A DNA stretch of 64,000 nucleotides, taken from an uncultured Bacillota bacterium (GTDB lineage Bacteria; Sysuimicrobiota; Sysuimicrobiia; Sysuimicrobiales; Segetimicrobiaceae). The notes under the pieces were generated by a model. It was given only the letters and a program-made list of their open reading frames with translations, was not told the DNA's origin and made no database searches. The position numbers were made by a program, and so were the translations under genes. The stretch covers positions 23,982 through 87,981 of the forward strand of contig CAWDRG010000013.1 of assembly GCA_963804645.1 (NCBI GenBank). Reading direction: 5' to 3'. Positions 37,986 to 48,017 of the stretch are shown here, piece by piece. Each line of letters begins with the position of its first letter. Within the stretch, counting starts at the first letter, position 1.

Positions 37986-40682
37986 GTGACGGAACTCACC
38001 CCGATGATGCGCCAGTACCGGGCGCTGAAAGATCAGCACCCTCACGCAATCCTCCTCTTCCGGCTCGGCGACTTCTTCGAAGCGTTCTTCGAGGACGCCC
38101 GCCTCGTCGCCCGCGAGCTCAACCTCACGCTGACGAGCCGGCCCGTCGCCAAAGGCCAGCGCATCCCCATGTGCGGGATCCCGCACCACGCCCTCCACAC
38201 GTACCTCCGCCGCCTGATCGACCGCGGCCACCGTGTCGCGATCTGCGATCAGGTCGAGGATCCCGCGCAGGCCCGGACCCTCGTCCGCCGCGAGGTCGTG
38301 CGGGTCGTCACGCCCGGCACGGTGGTGGAGGACGATCTCCTGGCGGCGCGCGAGAACAACTATCTCGCCGCCGCCGCCCGCGAGGGGGACGCGTGGGGCG
38401 TGGCCCTCGCCGACCTGTCGACCGGTGAGTTCTTTGCGACCGAGGGGACGGCGCCGCTCACGTTGTCGGACGTGCTCGCCCGCTACCGGCCGCGCGAGGT
38501 CCTGGTGCCGGACGTCGGCGGCGATGCGCTGCAGGTGGAGGAGGCAACCGCGACCCCGTACGACGCCTGGCGCTTCGACGCCGCGCTCGGCGCGCGGACG
38601 CTGCGCGAGCATCTCGAGGTCGCCTCGCTCGAGGCGTTCGACCTCCACACCGCCCCGCTCGCCACGGCCGCCGCCGGCGCGCTCGTCCAGTACCTCCACG
38701 AGACGCAGAAGGGACCGCTCCCCCACCTGCGCGGGCTACACCTCATCCCGCCGCAGGAGGGACTGGTCCTCGACGACGTGACCCGCCGCGCCCTCGGTCT
38801 CTGGCGCACGGCCCGCGACGGGAGTGCGTCGGAGACGCTGCTCGATGTAATCGACCTCACCGAGACTGCGATGGGCGCCCGTCTCCTGCGCCGGTGGCTC
38901 GCGCAGCCGCTCGCCGATGTCGGCGGGATCGCGGCCCGCCAGGATGCGGTGGCGGCGTTCGCGGCAGACGGCGGCGCGCGGGAAGACGTGCGCGCGCGCC
39001 TGCGGGCGCTCGGTGATCTGGAGCGGCTCGTCGGGCGGCTCGCGCACGAGACCGGCGGACCGCGGGACCTCGCGGCGCTTCGGGACGTCGCGGACACGGT
39101 CCCCCTCATCGCACCGGCGGTCTCGGGCATCGCCGCCGGCGCCGTGCGGGCCCTCGTCCCGGCGCTCGCCGTCCCCCCGGAGATCAGCGCGCGCCTCTCC
39201 CTGGCCCTTGAGGACGCCCCGCCCGCCTCGCCGAAGGACGGCGGTGTGATCCGCCCCGGATTCGACGCCGTGCTCGACGAGCTGCGCGCCGGCAGCCAGG
39301 CCGCGCGCGACTGGATGGCCCACCTCGAGGCCGCCGAGCGCGAGCGCACCGGGATCCGCAGCCTCAAGGTCGGCTACAACCAGGTGATGGGCTACTACAT
39401 CGAGGTCAGCCACGCCCACGCGCGCAGCGTGCCGCAGGAGTACGTCCGCAAGGGCACCCTCGTCGGCGCCGAGCGGTACATCACCGCGGAGATGAAGGAC
39501 CGCGAGACGCTGATCCTCTCGGCGCAGGAGCGGATCAACGCCCGCGCGTACGAAGTGTTCCGCGCGGTGCGCGACGAGGTGCGCGCCCACACTCCCGCCC
39601 TGCAGGCCGCGGCCCGGGCCCTCGCCGAGCTCGACGTCTACGCCGCCCTGGCCGAGATCGCGGTGCGCGGCGCCTACGTGCGGCCGCGGATCACGAACGG
39701 GCGCGCGATCCGGATCACCGGCGGGCGCCATCCGGTCGTCGAGCAGGCGCTCGGGGCCGAGCGGTTCGTGCCGAACGATCTCGTCCTCGGCGCGGACGGC
39801 CGCGAGCTGGCGATCGTGACCGGCCCCAACTTTGGCGGCAAGAGCACCTACATCCGTCAGGCCGCGCTGGCGGTGGTCCTCGCGCAGACCGGCAGCTTCG
39901 TCCCGGCCCGCGAGGCGGAGATCGGCCTGGTCGACCGCATCTTCACCCGGGTCGGCGCCACCGACGACCTCGCCGCCGGCCGCAGCACGTTTCTGTCGGA
40001 GATGATCGAGGTCGCGCGGATTCTCACGCAGGCGACGCCGAGAAGCCTCGTGATTCTCGACGAGGTCGGTCGGGGCACCAGCACCTACGACGGCATGAGC
40101 CTCGCGTGGGCGGTCGTCGAAGATCTGCACGACCGGATCGGCGCCCGGGCCTTGTTCGCGACGCACTACCATGAGCTGACGGAGCTCGCCTCGCAGCTCG
40201 AGGGGGTCGTGAACCTGCAGGTCCTGGTGCGCGAGGACGGGCACCACGTCGTCTTCCTGTACCGGGTCGCCGACGGCGCCGCCGCCTCCTCATACGGCAT
40301 CCACGTGGCGCGCCTGGCCGGCGTGCCCGACCCGGTGATCCGCCGGGCACGCGAGGTGCTCGCGGGGCTGGAGCGCGCGGCCGCCGGTCCGCGGCCGGCG
40401 CGCGGGCGGCGGGGGCCCTCGCGGAGCCAGCAGCTTCCGCTCGGGCTCGCGTCGCCGCTCGAGGACGCGCTACGCGCGATGGACCTCGCCACGATGACGC
40501 CGCTCGAGGCGCTGAACTTTCTCTCCACGCTGCGCGCGATGATCGACGCCCCGCCGGGCCTGCCCGACCAGGGCGCGGCTCCGCCCCCGGCCGCGGAAGC
40601 CGGGCGGTCACACCCCACCGACCGCGGCGGCACCATCGTGCCCTTCCCCGGCCCCGGCGGACCGCGAGGCGGCCCGCGGTGA
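37986..40682 (+). CDS. mutS: DNA mismatch repair protein MutS
   Basis: TPMMRQY, RLGDFFE, TGPNFGGKST, STF, DEVGRGT, ATHY. Confidence 0.97.
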   Translation: MTELTPMMRQYRALKDQHPHAILLFRLGDFFEAFFEDARLVARELNLTLTSRPVAKGQRIPMCGIPHHALHTYLRRLIDRGHRVAICDQVEDPAQARTLVRREVVRVVTPGTVVEDDLLAARENNYLAAAAREGDAWGVALADLSTGEFFATEGTAPLTLSDVLARYRPREVLVPDVGGDALQVEEATATPYDAWRFDAALGARTLREHLEVASLEAFDLHTAPLATAAAGALVQYLHETQKGPLPHLRGLHLIPPQEGLVLDDVTRRALGLWRTARDGSASETLLDVIDLTETAMGARLLRRWLAQPLADVGGIAARQDAVAAFAADGGAREDVRARLRALGDLERLVGRLAHETGGPRDLAALRDVADTVPLIAPAVSGIAAGAVRALVPALAVPPEISARLSLALEDAPPASPKDGGVIRPGFDAVLDELRAGSQAARDWMAHLEAAERERTGIRSLKVGYNQVMGYYIEVSHAHARSVPQEYVRKGTLVGAERYITAEMKDRETLILSAQERINARAYEVFRAVRDEVRAHTPALQAAARALAELDVYAALAEIAVRGAYVRPRITNGRAIRITGGRHPVVEQALGAERFVPNDLVLGADGRELAIVTGPNFGGKSTYIRQAALAVVLAQTGSFVPAREAEIGLVDRIFTRVGATDDLAAGRSTFLSEMIEVARILTQATPRSLVILDEVGRGTSTYDGMSLAWAVVEDLHDRIGARALFATHYHELTELASQLEGVVNLQVLVREDGHHVVFLYRVADGAAASSYGIHVARLAGVPDPVIRRAREVLAGLERAAAGPRPARGRRGPSRSQQLPLGLASPLEDALRAMDLATMTPLEALNFLSTLRAMIDAPPGLPDQGAAPPPAAEAGRSHPTDRGGTIVPFPGPGGPRGGPR

Positions 40683-42424
40683 GCGCGCGCGACGAGCCGC
40701 CGTCCCGGCAGCCGATCACCGTGCTGTCTCAGGCGGCCGCCGACCACATCGCGGCCGGGGAGGTGGTCGAACGCCCGGCGTCCGTCGTCAAGGAGCTGGT
40801 CGAGAACAGCCTCGACGCCGGCGCGAGCCGCGTCACGATCGAGATCGAGGGCGCCGGCAGCCGCCTCATCCGCGTGACCGACGACGGGGACGGGATCCCC
40901 ATTACGGAGCTGTCCCTCGCGTTTGAGCGGTTCGCGACCAGCAAGATCCGGTCGGCCGAGGACCTGCTGCGCGTCGCGACCTACGGTTTTCGCGGGGAGG
41001 CGCTCCCGAGCATCGCCGCGGTCGCGCGGGTCGAGGTCGTGACGCGCCCCCGCGGGGAGGCCAGCGCCGCCCGCATCGTCGTCACCGGCGGCAACAAGTC
41101 CAGCGTCACAGCGGGACCCGGGGCCGACGGCACCACGATCACGGTCGAGAACCTGTTCTTCAACACCCCCGCCCGGAAGGAATTTCTCCGATCGCCCGCG
41201 CGCGAGACCGCGCTGATCGCGGAGACGGTCGAGGCGCTTGCGCTGGCCGCGCCGGGCGTCGCCTTCAGACTGCTCGACGGCGGCCGTGAAGTGCTGTGGG
41301 CGCCCGCCGAGCCGTTCGGCGCTCGCGCACGAAGGCTGCTCGGTCCCAAGATCGCGGAGCACACCCTCGAGGTGGACGGCGCGGGCCGCGCTCTTCATCT
41401 CGCAGGCCTCATCGGGACCCCACAGGTCGCCGACGCCCGCCGCGTCCACCAGTGGTTTCTCGTGAACGGCCGGCCGATTCGCAGCCCACTGCTCGCCCGC
41501 GCGCTCACCCAGGCGTTCCACACGCTCATCCCCGACGACCGCTACCCGGTCGCCGTCCTGAATGTGCGCGTCGCGCCGCGCGAGGTGGACGTGAACGTGC
41601 ACCCCCGCAAGGCCGAGGTGCGCTTCGTCCGCGACCGCGAGATCTTCGACGACGTGGTGCGCGAGATCCGTCGCGCGCTGCACGGGGTGCCGCTCATCCA
41701 CGTCGCGGCACCCGCGCGCGAGGCCGGCGCGGAGCCCGCCCGCGATCCCGCGTTCCCGGCGGCCGACGTCGCGCGACCCGATGCGGAGACGCGCGCCGAC
41801 GCGGCCGGCGCGTTATGGGAGACGGCGGCCCCGCCGAGCGCGTGGCCCGAGATCCGCCTCGTCGGGCAGGTCGCGCGCACGTACATCGTCGGGGAGTCCG
41901 GGGGCGACCTGATCCTCATCGATCAACACGCCGCGCACGAACGGGTCCTCTACGAACGGATCCTGGACCAGCGGGACGCGCACGGGGCGCGCGCCCAAGG
42001 CCTGGTGGTCCCCGCGGTCCTCGAGGTGAGCCCCGGGGAGGCCGCGCTCTTGGCGGACCTCGGCCCGGACCTTGCGGCGCTCGGCTTCCAGGTCGAGCCG
42101 TTTGGGCCGCACACCATTCGCGTCACCGCGGTGCCGGCGGTCGCGGCCGATCGCGCGCCCGACGAGCTGCTGCGCGCCTGCCTCCAGGACCTCCGGGCTG
42201 ACCCGGGCCCCCACGCCGAGCGCGAGCTCGCGGAGCGCCTCGCCATCGCCACCGCCTGCCACACGGCGGTCCGCGCCGGCGACCCCCTCGACGGCCCGAC
42301 GATGACCGCGCTGCTCACCGCGCTCGCGCTGGCGCGGGACCCGTTTTCGTGTTTTCACGGCCGTCCGACGATGGTCCGGGTGCGCGCCCGCGATCTCGAG
42401 CACTGGTTCTACCGGCGTACGTAG
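40679..42424 (+). CDS. mutL: DNA mismatch repair endonuclease MutL
   Basis: IAAGEVVERP, ELVENSLDA, GFRGEAL, DQHAAHER, ACH, CFHGRP. Confidence 0.97.
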   Translation: MSARDEPPSRQPITVLSQAAADHIAAGEVVERPASVVKELVENSLDAGASRVTIEIEGAGSRLIRVTDDGDGIPITELSLAFERFATSKIRSAEDLLRVATYGFRGEALPSIAAVARVEVVTRPRGEASAARIVVTGGNKSSVTAGPGADGTTITVENLFFNTPARKEFLRSPARETALIAETVEALALAAPGVAFRLLDGGREVLWAPAEPFGARARRLLGPKIAEHTLEVDGAGRALHLAGLIGTPQVADARRVHQWFLVNGRPIRSPLLARALTQAFHTLIPDDRYPVAVLNVRVAPREVDVNVHPRKAEVRFVRDREIFDDVVREIRRALHGVPLIHVAAPAREAGAEPARDPAFPAADVARPDAETRADAAGALWETAAPPSAWPEIRLVGQVARTYIVGESGGDLILIDQHAAHERVLYERILDQRDAHGARAQGLVVPAVLEVSPGEAALLADLGPDLAALGFQVEPFGPHTIRVTAVPAVAADRAPDELLRACLQDLRADPGPHAERELAERLAIATACHTAVRAGDPLDGPTMTALLTALALARDPFSCFHGRPTMVRVRARDLEHWFYRRT

Positions 42425-42502
42425 CGACCGGATCCTCCCCGGCCGCACCGGGAACACCGTCCTCGCGCGCATTCCGAACGTCATGCCGTCAGACTATACC
42501 GC

Positions 42503-42531
42503 TTGACGTGTAACGTATATCGTCAGATGCT
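42503..42531 (+). promoter_or_regulatory. higBA promoter/operator
   Basis: TTGACG-N17-GATGCT containing inverted repeat TGACG-N12-CGTCA. Confidence 0.5.
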
Positions 42532-42537
42532 CGGAGC

Positions 42538-42816
42538 GTGATCAAGTCCTTCCGGTCGGAGGAGACGCGCGCGCTCCACGCGAGGCAGCGCATCACGCGA
42601 TTTCGCGGATTCGAGCCCACGGCGCAGCGAAGACTTCGACAATGGGATATCGCCTCGGAACTGCGTGACCCGGCATCACCGCCAGGGAATCGCTTGGAGA
42701 CGCTCCGCGGTAATCGGGCGGGACAGCGCAGCATTCGCATCAACGAACCGTGGCGCATCGGCTTCGTATGGCGCGACGGCGATGCCTACGAAATCGAGAT
42801 TGTGGACGATCACTAG
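42538..42816 (+). CDS. higB: HigB/RelE-family toxin, degenerate
   Basis: MIKSF, PPGNRLE.L.G.RAGQ.SIRIN..WRI.F.W, VDDH (family DYH). Confidence 0.8.
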   Translation: MIKSFRSEETRALHARQRITRFRGFEPTAQRRLRQWDIASELRDPASPPGNRLETLRGNRAGQRSIRINEPWRIGFVWRDGDAYEIEIVDDH

Positions 42817-42818
42817 GA

Positions 42819-43073
42819 GTGAACAAGCTCGCCCTGGATCTTCACGTTCCGGTCACTCGGATCGCGGAGATCGTTCACGAGCGTCAACGCATTACTCCAG
42901 ACACCGCGCTGCGCCTGGGGCGGTACTTCGACACCAGCGCACGCTTTTGGCTCAACGCGCAAGCGGCGTATGATCTCGAAGTTGCACACGACGCGCTCCA
43001 GTCCACGGTCGACCGCGATGTACGACCGCGACGAGCCTCTGGATCGACCCGGAACGTCCCCGCTCGGACGTAA
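42819..43073 (+). pseudogene. higA: HigA antitoxin lacking its N-terminal HPGE segment
   Basis: LALDLHVP..RIAEIV...RITPDTALRLGRYF.TS..FWLN.Q..YDL begins immediately at the higB stop. Confidence 0.8.
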
Positions 43074-43146
43074 TGTCGGTGGTCGGCGCCGCAGTCATCC
43101 CAGCCGCCGCGCGAGTCCCCCACGGCGGCGGCATACGCGGCGAGCG

Positions 43147-43977
43147 CTACACGTACTCCCACGGCTCGTCACTAAGTCCGCGCCCCCACGCGTCCGTCCC
43201 ATACAGCACCATCCACGACCGCGCGATCGCGCTGAGCGGCACCGCATCGTACTCGTCGGGGAGCAGCGACCGCAACACCACAAAGGCGTTGGGCGCGCTC
43301 GCGTAGACCAGGGCGTACCCCATCGATTCGCTCACGTTCCTTAACGCCAGCAGGCTCTGCCCCGCGCTGGGCTGCCCCGTCCACTGGAACGCGGGGTCGT
43401 ACGGCATCGTCACGCTGACATCATGCGGCACCTGATTGTTGTATTCAATCACCGCGACCCTCGGCCGGTACGCGGTGCCCGCGGCCTTCCACAGCCAATA
43501 GTCGTTGCCGTCCACGTCGATGGATAGGAGGTCAAACTCACGAGGGACGCCGTACTTCGCGAACAGCGGCGCGAGGTTCTCGACGGTCACCAACTCCCGG
43601 TAGACCGGGATGCGCGGATCGTCATGCACGCGGTCCAGCATCACCCCGGACCACCCCTGCTCCCGGAGCCACCGCGTGTTGCATTCCTCGCCTTCACTGC
43701 TGCCGATTTCGACGTAAAACCGGTTGGTCGCACCGACGAGCCGCATCAGACAGTCGATCACCCCGTCTTCCCCATTCTGCGAATAGTGTCTCGCCTCGTG
43801 AGCCCGCAGCGTCCTGAAGAGATCCATGCCTCGCCGGGACCGCGCCGCGCGGGGAGCCGCAAGGCGCCAGGCGAGCCCGTGGGCTCGCCTGAGCCGGTCC
43901 AAGGCGAATCCGGCGACCGCGCTCACCGCGCTGCGCGCGGCGTCTCTGGTCCCGTCAGCCATGCCGGGCGTCCTCAT
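43147..43977 (-). CDS. FkbM-like methyltransferase
   Basis: YSQNGEDG, VEIG, DLLSIDVDGNDY, PRVAVIEYN. Confidence 0.8.
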   Translation of the reverse strand: MRTPGMADGTRDAARSAVSAVAGFALDRLRRAHGLAWRLAAPRAARSRRGMDLFRTLRAHEARHYSQNGEDGVIDCLMRLVGATNRFYVEIGSSEGEECNTRWLREQGWSGVMLDRVHDDPRIPVYRELVTVENLAPLFAKYGVPREFDLLSIDVDGNDYWLWKAAGTAYRPRVAVIEYNNQVPHDVSVTMPYDPAFQWTGQPSAGQSLLALRNVSESMGYALVYASAPNAFVVLRSLLPDEYDAVPLSAIARSWMVLYGTDAWGRGLSDEPWEYV

Positions 43978-44068
43978 CACGCGGCCTCCGTAGTTTCCAG
44001 CGCCCGCCGGTGCCACCGTCCGAGGACCGACAGCGCACCCGCGCCGGCCGCCGCGACGGGAGGCATGC

Positions 44069-45457
44069 TTAGTGCTGCAGATAGCCGTGGACTGTCTTGG
44101 CGACCACGAACATGCCGACGATCTGCCCGTTGCTGTTGACGGCGTTGAGATTGGTCGCCGTCGCACCCGGCATGTCGATCGTGACAAACGTCCCCGTCGG
44201 GGTGCGCGCAAAGCCGTGGCTGCGGCCGGCGGTGTCCTGAAACGTGCCCACGATCTCCCCGACCTCGTTGATCCCGCCGAGATCGCTCTCGGTCGAGCCC
44301 GGGACGTCGATCAGGCTGACCGCCCCCGCGGGAAACCGCAGAAATCCATGCGTGTGCCCGGTGGCGTCGACGGTGCGGCCGACGATCTGGCCGTCGTCGT
44401 TGATCCCGTTGGCGTTGGTCACCTGCGCGCCTAGCGCGTCGATCGTAGTGAGCGTCCCGGCGGCGCTGCGCAGAAACGCATGGTTGGGTCCGCTCGCATC
44501 CCCGAACGTGCCCACGATCTGCCCGGCATCATTGATCGCGTTGGCGCTGGTGCCCATCGCGTTCGGAACATCGATCGTGACGAACCGCCCCCCGGGGGAA
44601 CGCAGGAAGCCGTGCCGCCGGCCGTGCACGTCCACGAAGTAGCCCACGGTCTGCCCGGCGCTGTTGATGCCCTCGAGTGCGGTCTCCGTCGCGCCCGGCC
44701 CGTCGATCGTCGTGAACGCGCCGCGGACACTGCGCAGAAAGCCGTGCCGCCGGCGGGCCGGGTCCACGAAGTTGCCGACGATCTGCCCGGCGTCGTTGAT
44801 GCCGGCGGCCGCGGTGGCGAGCGCGCCCGGCACGTCGACCGCCGCGTGCGTCACCTGCGCGGACCCCGGATGAAACGTGTCGAGGATCTGGACGAGGACC
44901 GGGACGTCCCGGCGAATCCGCGCGTCGATGTTCTCCGTGGTGCCGGTCACGACGAACCCGCGCTGGTTGACGGTCGCGTACATCTGCACCTGGTACAGCC
45001 CCACCCCGTCCGACCGCACCCACGTGTAGTAGCGATACGCGACCGGGTGGCCGTCCACGACGGTGTTGCCCTGCTGCACGACCGTGTAGCCGCGCAGTCC
45101 CGTCTTCAGCGTCTCCGCCGCCTTCGCGGCGTAGTCCGCCACCGGCATCGGCGACGGGAGTTCGTCGACCGCGACGTTGACGTTGGCCGGCACGCGCTCG
45201 TCCCTGCGCGTCGGGGCGACCGCCAGGAGCGCCACCCCCGGGGCGTTCTGCTGCACGCGCCACGTGGAGGGAATGCTCAGGGTGAACCGGCCGGCGGCGT
45301 CGGTCACCGACTGACTCGGCGGGACCTGGGCGTGCGCCGCGCCCGCCACGGCGACGACGGCGGCGCCCAGGGCGCACACCACCAGCCGTACCAGTCCCGG
45401 CCGCGGGCGCCCGCGGCGTGCGCGCCCCCTCGCCCCGTGTCGTGCCGGCGTGCTCAC
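44069..45457 (-). CDS. secreted protein: PsbP/DcrB-like domain plus five ~44-aa HAF-like beta-propeller repeats
   Basis: AHA-Q signal cleavage, FTLSIPSTW; repeats of DVPGA..T...GIND.GQIVG.F.D..G..HGF. Confidence 0.75.
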   Translation of the reverse strand: MSTPARHGARGRARRGRPRPGLVRLVVCALGAAVVAVAGAAHAQVPPSQSVTDAAGRFTLSIPSTWRVQQNAPGVALLAVAPTRRDERVPANVNVAVDELPSPMPVADYAAKAAETLKTGLRGYTVVQQGNTVVDGHPVAYRYYTWVRSDGVGLYQVQMYATVNQRGFVVTGTTENIDARIRRDVPVLVQILDTFHPGSAQVTHAAVDVPGALATAAAGINDAGQIVGNFVDPARRRHGFLRSVRGAFTTIDGPGATETALEGINSAGQTVGYFVDVHGRRHGFLRSPGGRFVTIDVPNAMGTSANAINDAGQIVGTFGDASGPNHAFLRSAAGTLTTIDALGAQVTNANGINDDGQIVGRTVDATGHTHGFLRFPAGAVSLIDVPGSTESDLGGINEVGEIVGTFQDTAGRSHGFARTPTGTFVTIDMPGATATNLNAVNSNGQIVGMFVVAKTVHGYLQH

Positions 45458-45500
45458 CCGTGCCGCCGCCCTCGGATCCGACGCACCGGCGTCGGGGCGC

Positions 45501-46160
45501 CTACTCGGGCACGACGCGCGCGAGCCATGATCCCACGCAGCCCGCGAGCTCCACGTGCCGATCGGTAAAATAGTGGTCGCCCCCCTCAAGATACACGGCG
45601 TCAACCCGCGCGTCGCGCACCGCCGCGGCCAATTCGTCGACCCGCGCGCTCCCTTCCAGCGACGCGTCCACGGCGCCCTGCACCACGAGGATGTGCCCCG
45701 CCAGTTGGGCGGCCAGATCCAAGCCCGCAAACCAGATCTCCGGCCGGACGCGCTTCACCGACCCCATCGTGGTGAACACCCACTGCCGGATCCGCCGGTC
45801 GCCGGACAGCGCCGGATAGCGCACGATCTTGTTGCAGGCGTACCCGTGGCCGAGCACCACGACGGTCCCGGCGCCGTGCCCGTAGAGAAAGTCCACGCCG
45901 GCGCGCAGGTCGTGATACGCGAGATCAAAGTCCTTCGGCTCCTTGAGATCGTGGTCGCGCAGATTGATGGAGAGGGTCGTGTACCCCATCGCGGCCAGGC
46001 GCGGGGGCAGCCACCGGGACGGCCCCTGGTAGAAGTTCCAACCGAGCCCGTGGACCACGAGCACCTGTGCCGCGGACGGCACTGGCCGCGGGGCATCGTA
46101 CAGCGCCCCGTCCAGCACGACCCCATCGGCCGTCGTACACGTCATCAACTCCGTCAGCAT
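45501..46160 (-). CDS. alpha/beta-hydrolase-fold protein (GHGYA at nucleophile elbow)
   Basis: TADGVVLDG, VHGLGWNFY, VVQGAVD, GGDHYF. Confidence 0.75.
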   Translation of the reverse strand: MLTELMTCTTADGVVLDGALYDAPRPVPSAAQVLVVHGLGWNFYQGPSRWLPPRLAAMGYTTLSINLRDHDLKEPKDFDLAYHDLRAGVDFLYGHGAGTVVVLGHGYACNKIVRYPALSGDRRIRQWVFTTMGSVKRVRPEIWFAGLDLAAQLAGHILVVQGAVDASLEGSARVDELAAAVRDARVDAVYLEGGDHYFTDRHVELAGCVGSWLARVVPE

Positions 46161-46176
46161 GCTGCACCTCCGCCGG

Positions 46177-47079
46177 TCAGCCTTTGAGCGCCCCGCCAAG
46201 CCATCCCTGTACGAGCACCCGGCGGCAGCACAGCGCGAGCGCCGCAGGAAAGAGTGCGGTGAGGAGCCCCGCGCTGTTCATCAGCCCCCAGCTCGGGTTC
46301 GAGATTGCGTTGAGCGACTGCGCGAGCACCACCGACACCGGCCACGCGCGCTGCGAGGCCGTGACGACGAGCGCGACGATGAAATCCGACCAGCTCGTGA
46401 TGAACGCGAACGCCCCCGCGGCGAACAGCGAAATGGTCGAGAGCGGCAGGACGATCCGGGTGAACACGCCGACCGGGCTGCAGCCGTCGATCGCCGCCGC
46501 CTCCTCGAGCTCGATCGGAAACGTCCGGTAGAATCCCTCAAGGATCCAGATCACGAACGGCAGCAGCAGCGCCGAGTCGGCGAGGATCAGGCCGGGCAGC
46601 GAATCGAGCAGCCCCACCCGCTGCAGGCCCATGTAGATCGGGATCAACACCACGATGACGGGCAGCATCCGGGTGCCGAGCAGACAGAACAGGATCGCCC
46701 GCCGGCGGCGCGGCGCGATGAACCGCGCGAGCGAGTAGGCAGCCACGGAGCCGCAGAGAAGGCAGATGATCACCGTCGCCGATGCCAAGAGCGCACTGTT
46801 CACAAAGGCGCGCGGAAACGCGCGGATCGCGGGGTTCTGGCCGGCCTCCTGCGCATCGGCGCCCGGGAGCTGCAGGAGCGTACGGTAGTGGACGGCCGTC
46901 ACGACCGGCGGGATCCAGTGCGGCGGTCGGGCGAGCAGGTCGCGATCGAGCGACAGGCTGGAGACCAGCATCCAGAAGGGCGGCGCGAGCAGATAGACGA
47001 GCGCCACCGCGAACAGCAGCGCAAGCGCACCCCGCTGGAGCGGGGGCCGGCGCCGGCGCGCCGCGCCCACGGCCGTCAC
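46177..47079 (-). CDS. carbohydrate ABC transporter permease
   Basis: FVNS, ELEEAAAIDG, FITSWSDF. Confidence 0.9.
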   Translation of the reverse strand: MTAVGAARRRRPPLQRGALALLFAVALVYLLAPPFWMLVSSLSLDRDLLARPPHWIPPVVTAVHYRTLLQLPGADAQEAGQNPAIRAFPRAFVNSALLASATVIICLLCGSVAAYSLARFIAPRRRRAILFCLLGTRMLPVIVVLIPIYMGLQRVGLLDSLPGLILADSALLLPFVIWILEGFYRTFPIELEEAAAIDGCSPVGVFTRIVLPLSTISLFAAGAFAFITSWSDFIVALVVTASQRAWPVSVVLAQSLNAISNPSWGLMNSAGLLTALFPAALALCCRRVLVQGWLGGALKG

Positions 47080-48017
47080 GCCCGCTCTCCCTGCGGGAGC
47101 GCCCGCCAGTACACGAGGGTCAGCACGATCGTCGCGGCCGTCAGCAGGCACGCCACCGCCGCGGCCGCCCCGAGGTCCCCGAACTGAAACGCCTCAGCGA
47201 ACGTGAAGTAGCTCACGACGGTCGTCGCGTCCCCCGGCCCGCCGCTGGTGAGCAGGTAGATAATATCGAACGCGCGCATCGAAAAGACCAGACAGAAGAG
47301 GACGGCGACCGCGAGCGCGGGGCTGATGAACGGCAGCGTCAGATGCCGGAACTGCGCCCACCCGCCGGCGCCGTCCAGCTCGGCGGACTCGTAGTATTCC
47401 AGCGGTACCGAGCGCATCGCGGCGTACAGGACGATCACCACGAACGGGACGAGCTTCCAGGCGTAGGCAAAGATCACCGCGTGCATCGCCGAGGCGCCGG
47501 TGCTGAGCCACGCCCGGTATCCGTGGAGCAGGTGCAGCGACACGAGCGCCCCATTGAGCGCGCCGAACGTCGGGTTGTAGATCCACTGCCACATCGAGGC
47601 GTTCACGATGTCCGGGATGCCCCACACCAGCACCGCGCTGGCCATGAGCCAGCCGGTCCCGGGCGCGTCGGTGTTGAGCAGCACCGCGATCCCGAGGCCG
47701 ATCCCCGTCGCGACGGCGACCGAGAGCACCGCGAAGTACAGCGTGTTGCGGAAGGCGTCCATGACGGATGCGTCTCCCAGCATGAACCGGTAGTTCGCCA
47801 GGCCCGCGAACGCGTGCGCGGAGGCGGAGCCGATGCGGAGGTTGAGGACGCTCAGGTACAGGACGTACCCGATCGGCACCACCGTGAACGCCACGATCAG
47901 CGCCAGGCCCGGTAGGTTCAGCAGGCGCAGGGGCACGTCCATCCGCGCCCACCGCGGGCGCGCGGCGACGCCGCCGGTCTGCTCCTCGGTCGCCGTCCTA
48001 GCGATAGCGGGCGGCAA
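47076..48017 (-). CDS. carbohydrate ABC transporter permease
   Basis: GLANY, YYESAELDGA, LTSGGP. Confidence 0.9.
   Translation of the reverse strand: MPPAIARTATEEQTGGVAARPRWARMDVPLRLLNLPGLALIVAFTVVPIGYVLYLSVLNLRIGSASAHAFAGLANYRFMLGDASVMDAFRNTLYFAVLSVAVATGIGLGIAVLLNTDAPGTGWLMASAVLVWGIPDIVNASMWQWIYNPTFGALNGALVSLHLLHGYRAWLSTGASAMHAVIFAYAWKLVPFVVIVLYAAMRSVPLEYYESAELDGAGGWAQFRHLTLPFISPALAVAVLFCLVFSMRAFDIIYLLTSGGPGDATTVVSYFTFAEAFQFGDLGAAAAVACLLTAATIVLTLVYWRALPQGERA

Noticed and set aside
37971-37992. CGAAC half-sites upstream of mutS
   Set aside because: No correctly spaced GTTY half-site
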